From Catajapyx aquilonaris (lineage: Eukaryota), in the NCBI GenBank assembly GCA_000934665.2, contig KZ538352.1:1-64000 (forward strand): a DNA stretch of 64,000 nt, given 5' to 3'. This document shows, in pieces, positions 39,089 through 51,552 of this stretch. A program made the position numbers and the translations under genes. Below the pieces are notes generated by a model. The model ran no database searches, had not been told where the DNA came from, and saw nothing but the letters and a program-made list of their open reading frames with translations. Position 1 is the first letter of the stretch. Every line of letters begins with the position of its first letter.

Positions 39089-41159
39089 ATGACTCAGGTA
39101 AAAAAAAAATGGGGTTCAAAAAGGATGTACTGCATTTTTAACTTAACAAAATTATTGTTATTTAGAACACATTCGAGCCATTATTTCCGCACTTCCCACA
39201 AAAATCATTACTCGTTTTGCAGCCTCCGACTGAGTCGCAGCAGGCGCTTCAGAACTTCTGGAGCAAAGTGACAGACGAGATCCGCAACATGAACATAAAC
39301 GACTTCAAGCAGCAGGAGCTTCCGTTGGCGCGCATCAAAAAGATAATGAAACTGGACGACGACGTGAAGATGATAAGCGCGGAAGCTCCGGTGCTGTTCG
39401 CAAAAGCAGCGGAGATATTCATTCACGAGCTGACCCTAAGAGCTTGGATCCACACGGAAGACAACAAGCGTAGGACGCTCCAGAGGAACGACATCGCCAT
39501 GGCCATCACAAAGTTTGACCAGTTCGACTTCTTAATTGACATTGTACCGCGAGACGACCTCAAACCTGCGAAAGCTAGGGACGAAGGGGCCGTCAGAACC
39601 ACCTCCATGCTTCCGGACCAAGTTCAATACTACTTTCAGCTAGCGCAGCAACATCAAGCCGCATTGCAGCAATCGCCTCAGGTACAAGAAGCCGGCACCC
39701 AGTAAAAACCAACCGAATTTGATTAAACAAACCAGTGCATGATCCGCTTCATTTTCTTGCTGCGGTACTGTTCGCTCGGCAATAAAATAGTTGCTACTTT
39801 CGCCTCTGATTAATCGTTCAGCAATACGAATCGCTCACATGTAACAATCGCATTTTGTTACCATTTCATTGCTCAGCAAATCCTTCACAACATGTAAGCT
39901 TGTGAATGTTTCGCTCAGCGATTGAATAATTTGGGAGCGAACCAAACTATTCATTTGATTGCTCAGTGAATCGTTCTCATGTAAACCTGTATAAGTTTAT
40001 ACACTTGATCAATTTGCTTGGCAATTGAATTGTTTGGGAACGAACCAAACAACTAGTTTGATTGCTCAGCGACTGGTTCGCACATAAACCTGTAAATGTT
40101 TACACATGATCAATTCGCTCAGGGATTGAATCAATTGTTCGCGAACAAACCAAACAATTCGTCTGATTGCTCAGCGAATCGTTCTCATAGAAACCTGTCA
40201 GATGTTTACACATGATCAATTCGCTTAGCGACTGAATTGTTTTGGAGCAAATCAAACCATTCATTGCTCAGCGAATTGCTCACATGTAAGCACACGTGTG
40301 CAAATGGATCAGCGATTGAATTGTTCAGGAGCGAACGCGATTTGTTACTTTTGCTCATCGCTCAGCAATATATTGCTTGTTGCGGCTCTTGTTGTTTCAC
40401 ACAACATACGATGTTAGTCATTTTTGCAGTACTTTTAAAGTCTTATTCGACATGAATTTGTGACTCATGTTCATAATCTCCCGTTCCTTTCTGCATGTGT
40501 AAATACTTACGCTGTACTGTCGACTCTTGTAGCCAGCGACGCAAGCACCGCAGACAGTCCAGATCATCCAGCAGAGCGGGCAGGTACAAGCAATTAGTGT
40601 CCTGCCGAATCCAGCTGGTGCGTCTACAACCACAACGAGCGCAATCCCTGTAGCGGTGCCTACTGTGACGACACAAGACATCAAGCCGCAGCCGACGCTG
40701 ACAGTGACGCAGCCGTCCCAAGTACAAGTGGACCAGACTGTGACGACCCAGTCCGTCGCCACAGTGCAGCAGCCGCAGGTTATACAGCTGCAAGCGCCGC
40801 AGCAGCAACAGCAAGTTGCGGTGGCTACCAGCAATAGTGCGGCCAGTGCGGCGGCAGGTGGCGGGATACAGATAATCCAGCAGATCGTTGGTCCGGGCGG
40901 GGAGATCCAACAGATTCCGATCCAGCTAACGCAGGCGCAGCTTCAGATGATCCGGATGCAGATGCAAGGCGGAACAAACCAGCCGATCATAATCCACACG
41001 GCGCCAATTCAAACGGTGCAGCAGCAACAGCAGCAGCAGGTGGCGCAAAGCGGTCAAGCGCAAATTATACAAATCGCGGCATCGCAAGCGAACGGATCTG
41101 TATTCCTCACACAGCCGCAAGGCCAGGTGCAGGTTACACACGACGCAGGACAGGAGTGA
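39089..41159 (+). CDS. NFYC: Nuclear transcription factor Y subunit gamma
   Basis: Histone fold [80 protein letters not shown] and a Q-rich C-terminus. Exons 39089-39097, 39166 or 39223 to 39681, and 40533-41159. Confidence 0.96.
39860..40340. repeat. Diverged ~105-bp tandem repeat in an NF-YC intron
   Basis: Recurrent TTGCTCAGCGA...GAACCAAAC...TGATTGCTCAG...AAACCTGT...TTTACACATGATCAATTCGC units, about 4 copies. Confidence 0.75.
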
Positions 41160-41364
41160 AAAACCGACAGTGTTTCAACAAAAAATTACTGGACAAATTA
41201 CGCCACCAATTGTTTTTACACATGGAAAATAATAATAATAAACAGCACATTGTACTACTTAAATATGACAACTTATTTAACTGGTTTTGCGCAATTGGTC
41301 CGCCATTTTCTTTAATTAACGGCGACATTTACAAATTGGAACCCATATAATCTAACGGTAACTT

Positions 41365-43970
41365 TCAAAGGATCCTTTCATAGAAGAGAAGGTACGCTTG
41401 GCTCCGCAGCACCTTTTCCTCCATCACCTCCCTCACCATACTATCACTCACATGATACCAACGTCCGACATCGTCGTCTCCCCCCACTGCTTCATCCGGC
41501 TCCGAACTGACCTCGGGTCGCACCCAATCCTGACCCAGCATCTCTTTAGCAAGACTCTTAGAGTCGCGACGTTGCGGCAACGGATGAATATTGAGGAAAC
41601 AAACCCGACGTTTCACCGGCTCAGCCAGACGTGCCTGCGAATCAATCGTTATTAATTGTTTAACGTATGCGACAACAGTACGTACCTTCACGTATGCAAT
41701 GTAATGTCCGCCACTTAGTGTCCCGCTGTGTTCAACGACCGCGTAGAGCGAGTACAGTATTTTCTGCTGGTTACGCCTCATCGTCGGCAATCCCTGCAAC
41801 GGTTACGTTGTAAGAAGCAGCGGTTATCGAAGCTGGTTAGTACTTACAAGGCACACTTGGGAACAAAACGGCGAAAGATCAAGCGTCAACGGGAATGCGA
41901 CATGCCGGTTGACTTTCCGCAAACCGCCGTTTCCGCACTGTTGAAACCGTTTCAAGTGCAACGTCAGAACGGCCGGCGGACTTAAAACCAGCATCTGCTT
42001 GCTGCAAATAGTCCGCACCAGATCCTTTTCCCGTCCGCCGCTCTTTTTAGTGCAGTTTTCGCATCCGAACCGGTTTGTGCCGGTCAGCAACTCCGCCATC
42101 GTCAGCTGGTTCAGGCAGGATTGAACCGAGCATTCGCCATGCTGGCTTTGATATCGGGACGAGAGTGTCTGCTGGCTGCGGACACTCCACGCTTCCTCCT
42201 CATCATCCCGGACGTCATCACCCCCGTCGAGATTAAGCGACGACAAACGTTCCCTCGCTTCCTCTAACGTATGTCCGAACAGCTCATCCTCGTTGTCCTC
42301 TATATCCGCATCGGAGTCATCCGATTCGCTCTTTCCGTCGTCCGGCTCGCCGTTTTCAACGGTTTGAACACATTCACGGTTGCTGTCGACACTCGACTCT
42401 TTCTTCTGCCTTGCTCTCCGTCCGGCATTCTTCTTCCCATCCCTTCTCCCCGCTTTCCGGCCACTGCCACCTTTCCTTTCCGCCACAACCGCCACCTCCT
42501 TTCCGGCTTTCCGGTGGCTCCTCGGCGGACTCTTTTCCTCAATCGTCGGCAGGCTTAGGTCCATAAAAGGCTCTAACACCTGCGACGCTTTCGTACACTC
42601 CTTGCAAATAACGGTCGACAGAATGTGGCCGCCGAATATGGCGTCGACCAAAGTCTGGGTTGCCTGTTGGCCATACATTTTGATGCGGCGGCGGGTCTCT
42701 TCGCTTACGGTGCGTGGGTCGACCTTCTCGGTTAGATCAAGCGAGCGAAGAATCCCAGTTTTGTATCGCTGTAAGTAGGCGTAATTAGTACTTCGTGTCG
42801 ATGCTATGCGACGGAACGTACCCGTATCTCCTCCGTTTTAATCCCGTCCAGCAGGTGCCGCAACAACTCATGCGAATCCTGCTGCTGAAACCCGCGGAAC
42901 TGCGGACTCCTTCTGGACACCTGCGCAAAAAGCTGCCCCACATGCGCCGCCCTATTGTGTCCATGTGCCGCCATGTCCTTAAGCAAGCAGGCCAAAGACG
43001 TCGTAAGCGGACCTGCCTCGGGAAGCGTCACCTCCAACGACGGCTGCAAAAAGTACGAATCAGCAAAATCGCACCACGAAACGTACAGCAACATACCACC
43101 GAATCCTGGTTGTCCTTAAGCCCCGGCAAATGCAGCTTCTGTCCCCATTGCGTCGTCAGAACTTGGTTCAAAAAGTGAGTCTGACTTAACGACTGCAGCA
43201 CCGCATTCAGGAAGCAAGTGTTGCCTAAGTTGCCCAAACCCTTCCGATGGAAAAGGTGCGATTAGACTGTGCGGATCATACGCTTCATGTTGACATTACC
43301 TTAACTTTGGGTATGGCTCCTTCCAGTGCCGACTGCATGTTCTTGGCATTCTTTTCGTCCTTCTCCATAATGGGGTCCATACGTTCTGCGCCGCTGCTTG
43401 CCGGTATGTTGCTCTCGAAGGGGACGGACATACCTGCGATACAATCCAGCTGGTTAATTGCTACGTACGCTACTAAACGTGGTACTAACCGTTAAGGAGC
43501 ACGGCCTTCCTGGGAATCCCGGCCTGCTTCCGGATGAAGTCGACGCACTCCTGCAGCTTCCGGTTGGCCGTGGGGTTGACCTGCTCGTCGCACGAGTAGC
43601 ACCAGACGTTCCATCCCACGGTGCTGACCGCCATCCCATGCGGATCAGACCTAGCCGCGTTGACATGGGCCAACGCGTGCTTATGTCGGCTGCTCCTGTC
43701 GCACCCCCTGTGCCCGCACCTGAGGCACATCCAGACCCCTGGTTTCTCAAAGTCCGGATCCTCCTCCTCCTCCTCCTTCTTCTGGTTGCACTGCTGGCAT
43801 TCCTCCAAGGCTGGGTCCTTCAGGAGGGCCTTCCTAACCTGGGTGATGTTCACACACTTCCCCACATGGCTGCAGGCTCTGCTGGCGCCCAACTCCGCCT
43901 TCTTCTCATCATCAGACGACCCCGTCGACTCGTTCCCGGCCGGATCCTTCTGCCTCTTGTTCTTCACCAT
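41365..43970 (-). CDS. USP16/45: Ubiquitin-specific protease USP16/USP45 family (zf-UBP plus USP catalytic domain)
   Basis: zf-UBP motifs VWMCLRCGHRGC...HALAH...WCYSCD; Cys box GLGNLGNTCFLNAVLQ; QQDSHELLR; His box VEHSGTLSGGHYIAYVK; WYHVSDS...QAYLLFYERIL. ATG at 43970 (MVKNKRQ). Confidence 0.94.
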
Positions 43971-45844
43971 CTTTTGGCTGCTCGAATGGCCCTCAACAGG
44001 CGAGGAAAACCCTTCGAATTCGACTCGAAAAAGGCCATTCGAATTTAATGCGTGTGTGTCATTCGGGCGCCATCTTGGATTTTCCCTTCTCATGCCGTCC
44101 CAGTGTCGCCAACCAGTACAAATGTTGCCAACATGACACTTTTAGAACGGTTCGAAACATTAATGTCATTAAATATCGTAATAATAATAATGGCAATTGG
44201 ATGTGCATATATTTTAATAAATTAAATTAAATTTAGCCGGTGGTGTTCTGGAAGCGCGGGTAATTCAAACATGACTCTCTCTCTCTCGAGGCTGGTCATC
44301 ACTTGGGTCATCACAGGTCAAGACTACAGGTTACTCGTCTCTTGGCAACGCTTTGTAGCCATTTGCGTGCGTCGTGCTCAAAGAGTTCTGCTAACGCTCC
44401 ATAGCTCTTGCTACTACGTACTACATGAATGGCCGTACCACCTAAAGCAAGAATAGTTCACATAATGAGCAGTACTTTGCAAATCAACATGTAAGATTAT
44501 TTACTAAACCATCCTATGTATGTACTACAGTATGTATGTGTCGTATTCATATATGAACTTTGAAACGCTGCGCTGCAGTGGTTTGGCCAGCCGCCCATTT
44601 ATTTAACATCAAACGACTTGCTCGTTGCCAAAAAATTAATAGTCTCGTGCATATCCAGATTGGATTCGCCTGATCCTGCCTACAGATTAAAGGAAGAGGG
44701 GGAAGAAAAAAAAAAGGTGCGGCCAGTTAACTGGTCACACCTCCCCCCTGGCAGAGCAGAAGAGTGGGGGTCTCTTTCTTTGACCTCTTTGAGAGTTTGA
44801 GAGGGGCTGGCTCAGTCTGAAAAGGAAACCTTCCTTTTCAATCCCTCTTTTTTTTGTTGGGTTCTCTGTGTTTCCCTTTGACCCAACCCGCCCGCCTTAG
44901 GGGGGGCATGTCTCAAACCCATCCATGCAGTACATGGCTGTCGCACTTTGCTTACCAGACCTCGACATTACCATATGGGGTACCACATGTTGTCAACAAA
45001 TTCGGATTACATGTCAGAATGGCCTTATATCACTTAGATCACGAGTTCATCTTATGGCCTTAGTAGCCTACTAGTGAACACTTTGCCAAGGCAAAACGTG
45101 TAATCAGAATGACAGTAACAATCAAACAACTTATGAGACTATAGTTCCATCCACCAGAGGCGCTGTCTCCCCCATTGCGCAGGCGCAGAACGGGGGCCAA
45201 TCGGAAGCTTCGCGTAAACAATATATGGCAGGCCAATCAGAAACATCGGTCTAGGTATTACAAATGGACCGCCGATTTACCAATTAGTGCTGTTCTTCAC
45301 GTATAGATGGCACACTACCCTGTCTGCACACTCGTGCCACCTTCAGGACGTGCGAGAGATAGCGATACTATCAGGTCGGACAAACATCAGACGGAGAGAA
45401 TAAGACTATTAGGATTGTATGGCCTTAGTTGCCTAAGATCACTCTAATGGCCTTAGTAGCCTTTCTTGTGTCCTCTGTTGACTATGATCTATCTTATGGC
45501 TTCAGTTGCCTATCTTTGAGTACAGGCCGCCATAAACGTGCTGGTTTGGTAGGTTTTCTTTGGGATGGTTATAGAGGGGGGGCATGTTCTCTCCCCCCCC
45601 CCCCCCCCCCCNCCCCCCGCCAGGTTTTTTCCACCTTCCCACCCATCCCCTCTCCTTCTTTTGACGGCTCCAAGCCAGCGATTGGTTGGCTTCCAGAGCG
45701 GCAACACTTGGGACGTTGTAATGAGCCCAGGGCAGAAGAGGGCCGCCCGTCGTGAAAGGGTAGCTGCTCCTTCTTGGGGGGCTTCAGTGTTCCTCCAACT
45801 TTCTTCTTCAGCTGGGGTGGTGTGACCATCATGGACAAGTGACA

Positions 45845-48800
45845 ATGGTGACAATTATTCTTCTGGTGGTGGTGCTGATGACCCGGATGGTCTCAGGTCA
45901 CTCTGAATTGGATGGAACTCGTGGCAGGTGCGAGAGGATAACCATACCGATGTGCCAGGGTATGCCGTACAACATGACCTCGATGCCCAACTACCTAGGT
46001 CATCAGGAGCAGTCCGAGGCAGCCATTGAGGTACGCTTTTATCTGTTCCCAATAATTGGTCACGCTTCTTTTTTTTGTTGGGGGGNGGGGGGAACAACCA
46101 AGGGCGTGTATTGGCATGACTGGCCAGTACCTGAAGGTACCCACACAACCACAAAAAATGGTGAATAACACGCCCGGATGATTGGTCTACGGTGCAATAA
46201 ACCAGGTGTTGATTGCATCACGATCAAGACACCTCGGCCACATCAGCATAAATTATACAACCCCGGTCGTAAATAGCGTGGCCGGGTATAGTTGAAGGCC
46301 CTCCTACTTCAAAGCTTTACACTTAGCATATGAAAAGCACTAGTTTTCATGTAACTTCAACTACTTCCAGGAGTGTACCGCCAAGTTAGTACTACTTCTA
46401 TATAGTATATATAGGATTTTTGGGAGTGTACCACATGAAGAGTAAGAGGGCCGTTAACTATACCATTAGTATAGTTGAAGACCTTCATACTTCATAATGT
46501 ACCATGCGCATCAGTGTTAATTAGTGCACTGAGAATTTCACCTAACAGCAATTAATTTTCACTCAACTTCAACTACTTCCAGGATTTTGAAGTAGTGTAC
46601 CGCCAAGATTGTTATGATGAAGTAAGAGGGGTGTTAACTATACTATTCTAGCCGGGCTTTTGTGCTGTCAAACTTTTTGAAAAACGATTCGGGCGCCCGT
46701 CAAGACGGCGCGAGAATAATAGCCCGGCCATATAATTAGCCCCCTTCAATTTAAAAAAAAACAACTTGAAAATGACTTTGCCTTATTGTCCACATCATCA
46801 GGTACACGAGTTCATACCACTGGTGGAAATAGGATGCAGCAAGCACCTTCCTTTCTTCCTGTGCTCTCTGTACGCTCCGATGTGCAGCGAGCAGGTGGAC
46901 GTACCCATACCGTCATGTCGTGGTCTGTGCGAGGAGGTCAGGTCAGCGTGTCTCCCTGTACTGGCCAAGTTCAGGTTCAGCTGGCCTCGAGGACTCAACT
47001 GCTCCAGGCTGCCCGTGCCCGAGAAGAACGGACTCTGCATGGAGTTCCCCAACATCACGGAAGAGAGGACCAGAGTGGTCAGCAGCAACGTCCAACAGGT
47101 CAGGCATCATTACCATATACGATTTCGTATCACTATTATTATAGTTAAACTATAGCAACGGAGACCTACATACTTCACACTGCCCGTTTTTTCGTGATTG
47201 GATGCCATGGTCACTCGTTATTGCCATGGCAATATGTTGCGGTGGCCACCCGTTGTCACGGCAATCGGTTGCTATTAACATCCGTTGCCATAGCAATCTG
47301 CTGCTGTGGACACCCGTTGCCGTAGCAATCTGTTGCTATGGACACCCGTTGCCGTAGCAATCTGTTGCTATATGTACACCCGTTGCCATAGCAATCTGTT
47401 GCTGTGGACACCCGTTGCCGTAGCAATCTGCTGCTGTGGACACCCGTTGCCATAGCTATCTGCTGCTGTGGACACCCGTTGCCATAGCAATCTGTTGCTG
47501 TGGACACCCATTGTCTAGGCAATCTGTTGCTGTGTGTAGACCCGTTGCCATAGCAATCTGTTGCTGTGGACACCCGTTGCCGTATAGCAATCTGCTGCTG
47601 TGGACACCCGTTGCCATAGCAATCTGCTGCTGTGGACACCCGTTGCCATAGCAATCTGCTGCTATGGACACCCATTGTCAACTAGGCAATCTGTTGCTAT
47701 ATGTACACCCGTTGCCATAGCAATCTGTTGCTGTGGACACCCATTGTCTAGGCAATACGTTGCTATATTTATGTAGACCCATTGTCATGTATTAACGACA
47801 TATAATTTGACCAACAGCATCATGTGGAGGATTCGTCACCGGTGTGGACGGACCAGATGTTTCCGAAGATGGACGATGAGCACCAGTGTCCGCCGAGGTT
47901 TGCGTACGTCAGCTACTCGAGGCCAAGACCCGTGTGTGCACCGAGGTGCGGATCGGACGTGTACTTTACCACGGAGGACAAGAGGTTCGCGGAGGTGTGG
48001 ATGGCCGTTTGGGCGTCGCTGTGCTTCGTGTCGACGCTCTTCACCATGCTGACCTTTGGACTTGACCCTGCCCGGTTCCACTACCCTGAGCGTCCCGTTG
48101 TCGCGTTGGCCTTCTGCTACAACGTGTGTTCCGTTGCGTACCTGGTACGCGTGGCAGTCGGTGCATCGTCCGTCTCGTGTGCCAGGACCGACGCCGGCGA
48201 CGCCTACCTGGCCGTCGAAGGTCTGCCCACCACCGGTTGCGTCTTAGTCTTCCTGGTGCTCTACTACTTCGGACTGGCCGCCTCTGTCTGGTGGGTCGTA
48301 CTGGCGCTGGCCTGGTACCTCAGCGCCGCAAGACAATGGTCTAGCGAGGCGCTCCAAGTAAGTGCTTGTCACGTGCTAATTGCAACCTGTTGCTACGAAC
48401 GAACACCCCTTGTCATGGCAATCGGTTGCTATTAACATCCGTTGCCATGGCAACCTGTTGCTATTGACATATCCGCTGCCATAGCAACCTGTTGCTACGA
48501 ACACCCCTTGTCATGGCAATCGATTGCTATTGACATTCGTTGCCATGGCAATCTGTTGCTACCAACATCCGTTGCCATGGCAATCGGTTGCTACGAACAT
48601 TCGTTGCCATAGCAACCTGTTGTTATGGACACCAATGGTACTTTTTTTGGGAGACAATGTGTCTCTTTGGAGGAAATGTACCTCGTACTGACTTCGTTGT
48701 CTTCCAGGCCAGGTCGCCGTACTTCCATCTGGCTGCCTGGGCATGTCCGGCGTTGCTGACCATCGGCGCCTTGGCACGACGGCACGTGGATGGCGAAGAG

Positions 48801-49346
48801 CTGACTGGACTGTGCGTGGTCGGAGGTGTGAACCGTGATGCACTTCTGGCCTTCTCCGTACTTCCCAACCTGGTATGCTTCGTCACTGGTGTTGTCTGCA
48901 CGTCGTTGGCCCTCGGTGCGCTCCTACGTGTCAGAAGGGCGGTCAGGAAAGACGCTCGGGACGCCCAGAAGCTGGAGCGCCTTCTGGTCCGATTGGCGCT
49001 GTTCGCTGCATTGTATGCGGTACCAACAGCCTGCGTGGTCGCCGCACAGTTTTACGAATACTTAGGCAGACCACGCTGGCATACCCTAGCACACGTGTCA
49101 GCTCTAGAGTGTCAAGCCAGCTCATCCGAGTGTCCATTGCGGTCTAGCATACCAAGTACGGAGGTGTTCATGCTCCGTTTGTTCATGACCATGGCCGTCG
49201 GTATTACGTCGGGTATGTGGGTATGGTCAGCCAAGACTGGCCGTGCGTGGCAACGTTACTGTTGCTGCTGCTGCGGTATGAGTGCGCCAAACAAGACAAT
49301 GCACAACACCGTACACTACAGACTAGCACCCATCAGATGCACTTAA
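45845..49346 (+). CDS. FZD10: Frizzled-9/10 subfamily Wnt receptor
   Basis: Signal peptide and CRD (CERITIPMC...YNMTSMPN...AAIEVHEFIPLVEIGC...FFLCSLYAPMCSEQV), which best matches FZD9/10 from memory. Also HYPERPV, YFHLAAW and KTGRAW. Exons 45845-46030, 46802-47098, 47818-48357 and 48708-49346. Confidence 0.9.
46286..46643. mobile_element. Two tandem ~177-bp MITE-like units in Fz9/10 intron 1
   Basis: Units 46286-46463 and 46469-46643 each begin GTATAGTTGAAG.CC.TC.TACTTC and end GTAAGAGGG..GTTAACTATAC (imperfect ~25-bp inverted termini). They share internal ACTTCAACTACTTCCAGGA and AGTGTACCGCCAAG. Confidence 0.7.
47205..47790. repeat. 32-bp minisatellite in Fz9/10 intron 2
   Basis: Unit GACACCCGTTGCC(A/G)TAGCAATCTG(C/T)TGCTGTG, about 16 copies. 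Confidence 0.95.
48380..48632. repeat. Related, more diverged ~31-bp minisatellite in Fz9/10 intron 3
   Basis: Units such as ACATCCGTTGCCATGGCAACCTGTTGCTA, about 8 copies. Confidence 0.9.
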
Positions 49347-49889
49347 CAGTACACAAGTTAATAAGCTGCCAAAAAATCCAGGTGAAAGAACCCCTTCAGA
49401 CAGGTAATTACTATGAGTGTGAACCCCAGGGACGGTAGCCCCAAGAAAATTGCGCTTGGGATAAGTGGAGCCTCATTAAGTCGCCCTTAAGACGTCCAGC
49501 TGCCAAACCAGAAATTTCCACTCCTTTTTTTTTTTTTGAAGAAGAAGAAGAAGAAGAAACCCACCCCCGATTAGTCCTCACGTTTTTCAAGCCCCTTAAA
49601 AAGACGCCGCCAGTAATTGCATTTTTCTGTGAGGGTTTTACAAAACCGGATGTTTCCTCCACTTGTAAAAGCCTTCGGTCCAGTTGGTACAGTGCCGCCT
49701 TTTGAGTAACATGATCTTTTTTTTGGAGGAACCCGCCCCTCTAAACAGTGGACCATTTTTGGACCCTGGTTTTTCCCTAGTTATTTCGGGGACTTGTCGG
49801 CATCTGTGTGACACATGAGACGTGGAGTTAATGAGTTTTTATCTGCAGGATTTATGATTCAGAGGAATGTGTACAGTGAAACATGTGTT

Positions 49890-50525
49890 TGAAGTAACTT
49901 AACCCATATATGCCTTTAAAAAAAATCGTCGAAAAAAGTCTGTCTGTCTGTGGACATGTATCAGGGCCTAAACGGCAACAGATAGCGACCAACTGCTTTC
50001 GGATTCGAATTCAGCCTACCCTGAATGGGTTTTATGGTCAACTTCCGGTGACTGGCCACTTCCGGTTTTTCAGGTCCGCTCTATCCACCAAGGTCAAGTC
50101 TACACGATTTAGAAATCATTTTTCTTGTGTTAATTGGCAACGGGAAATGAGACTGACAACAATCAATGTAATTGTTTGTCCAATTATTAGAATCGTCAGC
50201 CTCATTTTCCGTATTTTCCCAAATGAGAAAAAGTCTACTCAAATCACAACAAAAAAAATATGTGACAAAATGGCATTGAAAAAACTGTACATTAAAAATC
50301 GGTTTGTAAATTAATAAGATTTACGAGTGATTTTCTACGCCTGTGCCCTTAGAAAAATGCGTGCGAAGCGATGGTTTTTTTATAGTTACCTTTTAAAAAA
50401 TCGGTTTGTAAATTAATAAAATTTATACGAGTGGCTTTTCAATGTCTTCGCACTACAAAAATGCTGTGCGAAGCGAGGATTTTTCTAGTTATAGTTTTAA
50501 AAAATCGGTTTTGTAAATAAATATA
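49890..50525 (+). mobile_element. Probable non-autonomous Helitron/Helentron-like remnant
   Basis: (GTCT)n at ~49938, three ~104-bp tandem units starting AAAAATCGGTTTGTAAAT, and ends of the type GCGAAGCGAGGATTTTTCTAG-T (50468-50489). The reverse complement of that end recurs at 62711-62731. Confidence 0.5.
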
Positions 50526-51403
50526 TTTTATTATGAGCCCATTCGTATACATTACCGTTTGTTAATTATCGGTCGATCACAGCCTGAAGCATTTTTTTAA
50601 AAAAAATAAAAAAATCTATCCAATTTTCTCCACCTTATCTATCCTGTTCATCACATTAAACATCNCCCCCCCCCCCCCCCCAAAGAAAAACCCAGCTGTC
50701 TTGGTTCCAAAAAAAAAAAAACATCAGTGTTTTTCAGGTACCGGCGCGGTTCTTAGTCTCCCCCCAAAAAAGAGGACCTCAGGACCTTGAAGCCCTACAA
50801 ACATGCAATTTGCATCGGAGAAAAGAAGAGGCGTGCAAGGTGCGGCGTGAGGAGTGGTAAAAAGGAACATTGGAAGGTAGAGGAGGAGGAGGTGGTGGGG
50901 GGTTAACCATAAATTTCGTTGGTATTTCGTACCCTCAGGGTGAATGGAGCCCATGTCATCGGCTCCGTCTGGGGTTCCTTGTTCATCAGACAAAGGACCC
51001 CGAAAAATTTTTAAGAGGAGGGGGTGCTGCTGGGGAGGGGGTGCAAAGAAAACCAGCTTTTCAATCCGGCAAACCATCCCTTTTTAATGAGGATGGTAAT
51101 TACAGGTACGACGCCCCCCTCTCCTTATCCGGGGAGGGTGTTAATTGGGCACGACAACGACCAAAAGACGAACGACTGTCGTCTGAACAGTGCGGCTTTC
51201 CTTTTTTTTGTAAGCACGTATGTTCCGGTTTTAGGAGGGCCAATAAAACTGTAAATCAGGGGGTGAATCTTTCATGTGCCGCCCAAGCTGGTTTTCCAGA
51301 CCCTGTTTACATCGGAGGGACCCCCAAAAAAGATTGCCCCCCCCCCCCCTAAAAAAAACGGAAAGGGGGCGGAGATTCATACGTGCCAACCTGGCCCATT
51401 TGC

Positions 51404-51552
51404 NNNNNNNNNNNNNNNNNNNNNNNNNNNNNNNNNNNNNNNNNNNNNNNNNNNNNNNNNNNNNNNNNNNNNNNNNNNNNNNNNNNNNNNNNNNNNNNNN
51501 NNNNNNNNNNNNNNNNNNNNNNNNNNNNNNNNNNNNNNNNNNNNNNNNNNNN
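51404..51552. other. Assembly gap (N run)
   Basis: Run of Ns. Confidence 1.

Noticed and set aside
32614..44136. Long antisense ORFs over MAP3K4, NF-YC and USP16/45 exons
   Set aside because: Shadow frames of GC-rich coding exons with no independent domain or splice evidence.
47205..47790. CRISPR-like regular ~32-bp repeats, and the repetitive ORFs they create
   Set aside because: Units are contiguous with no unique spacers, there are no cas genes and the context is a eukaryotic intron; it is a minisatellite.
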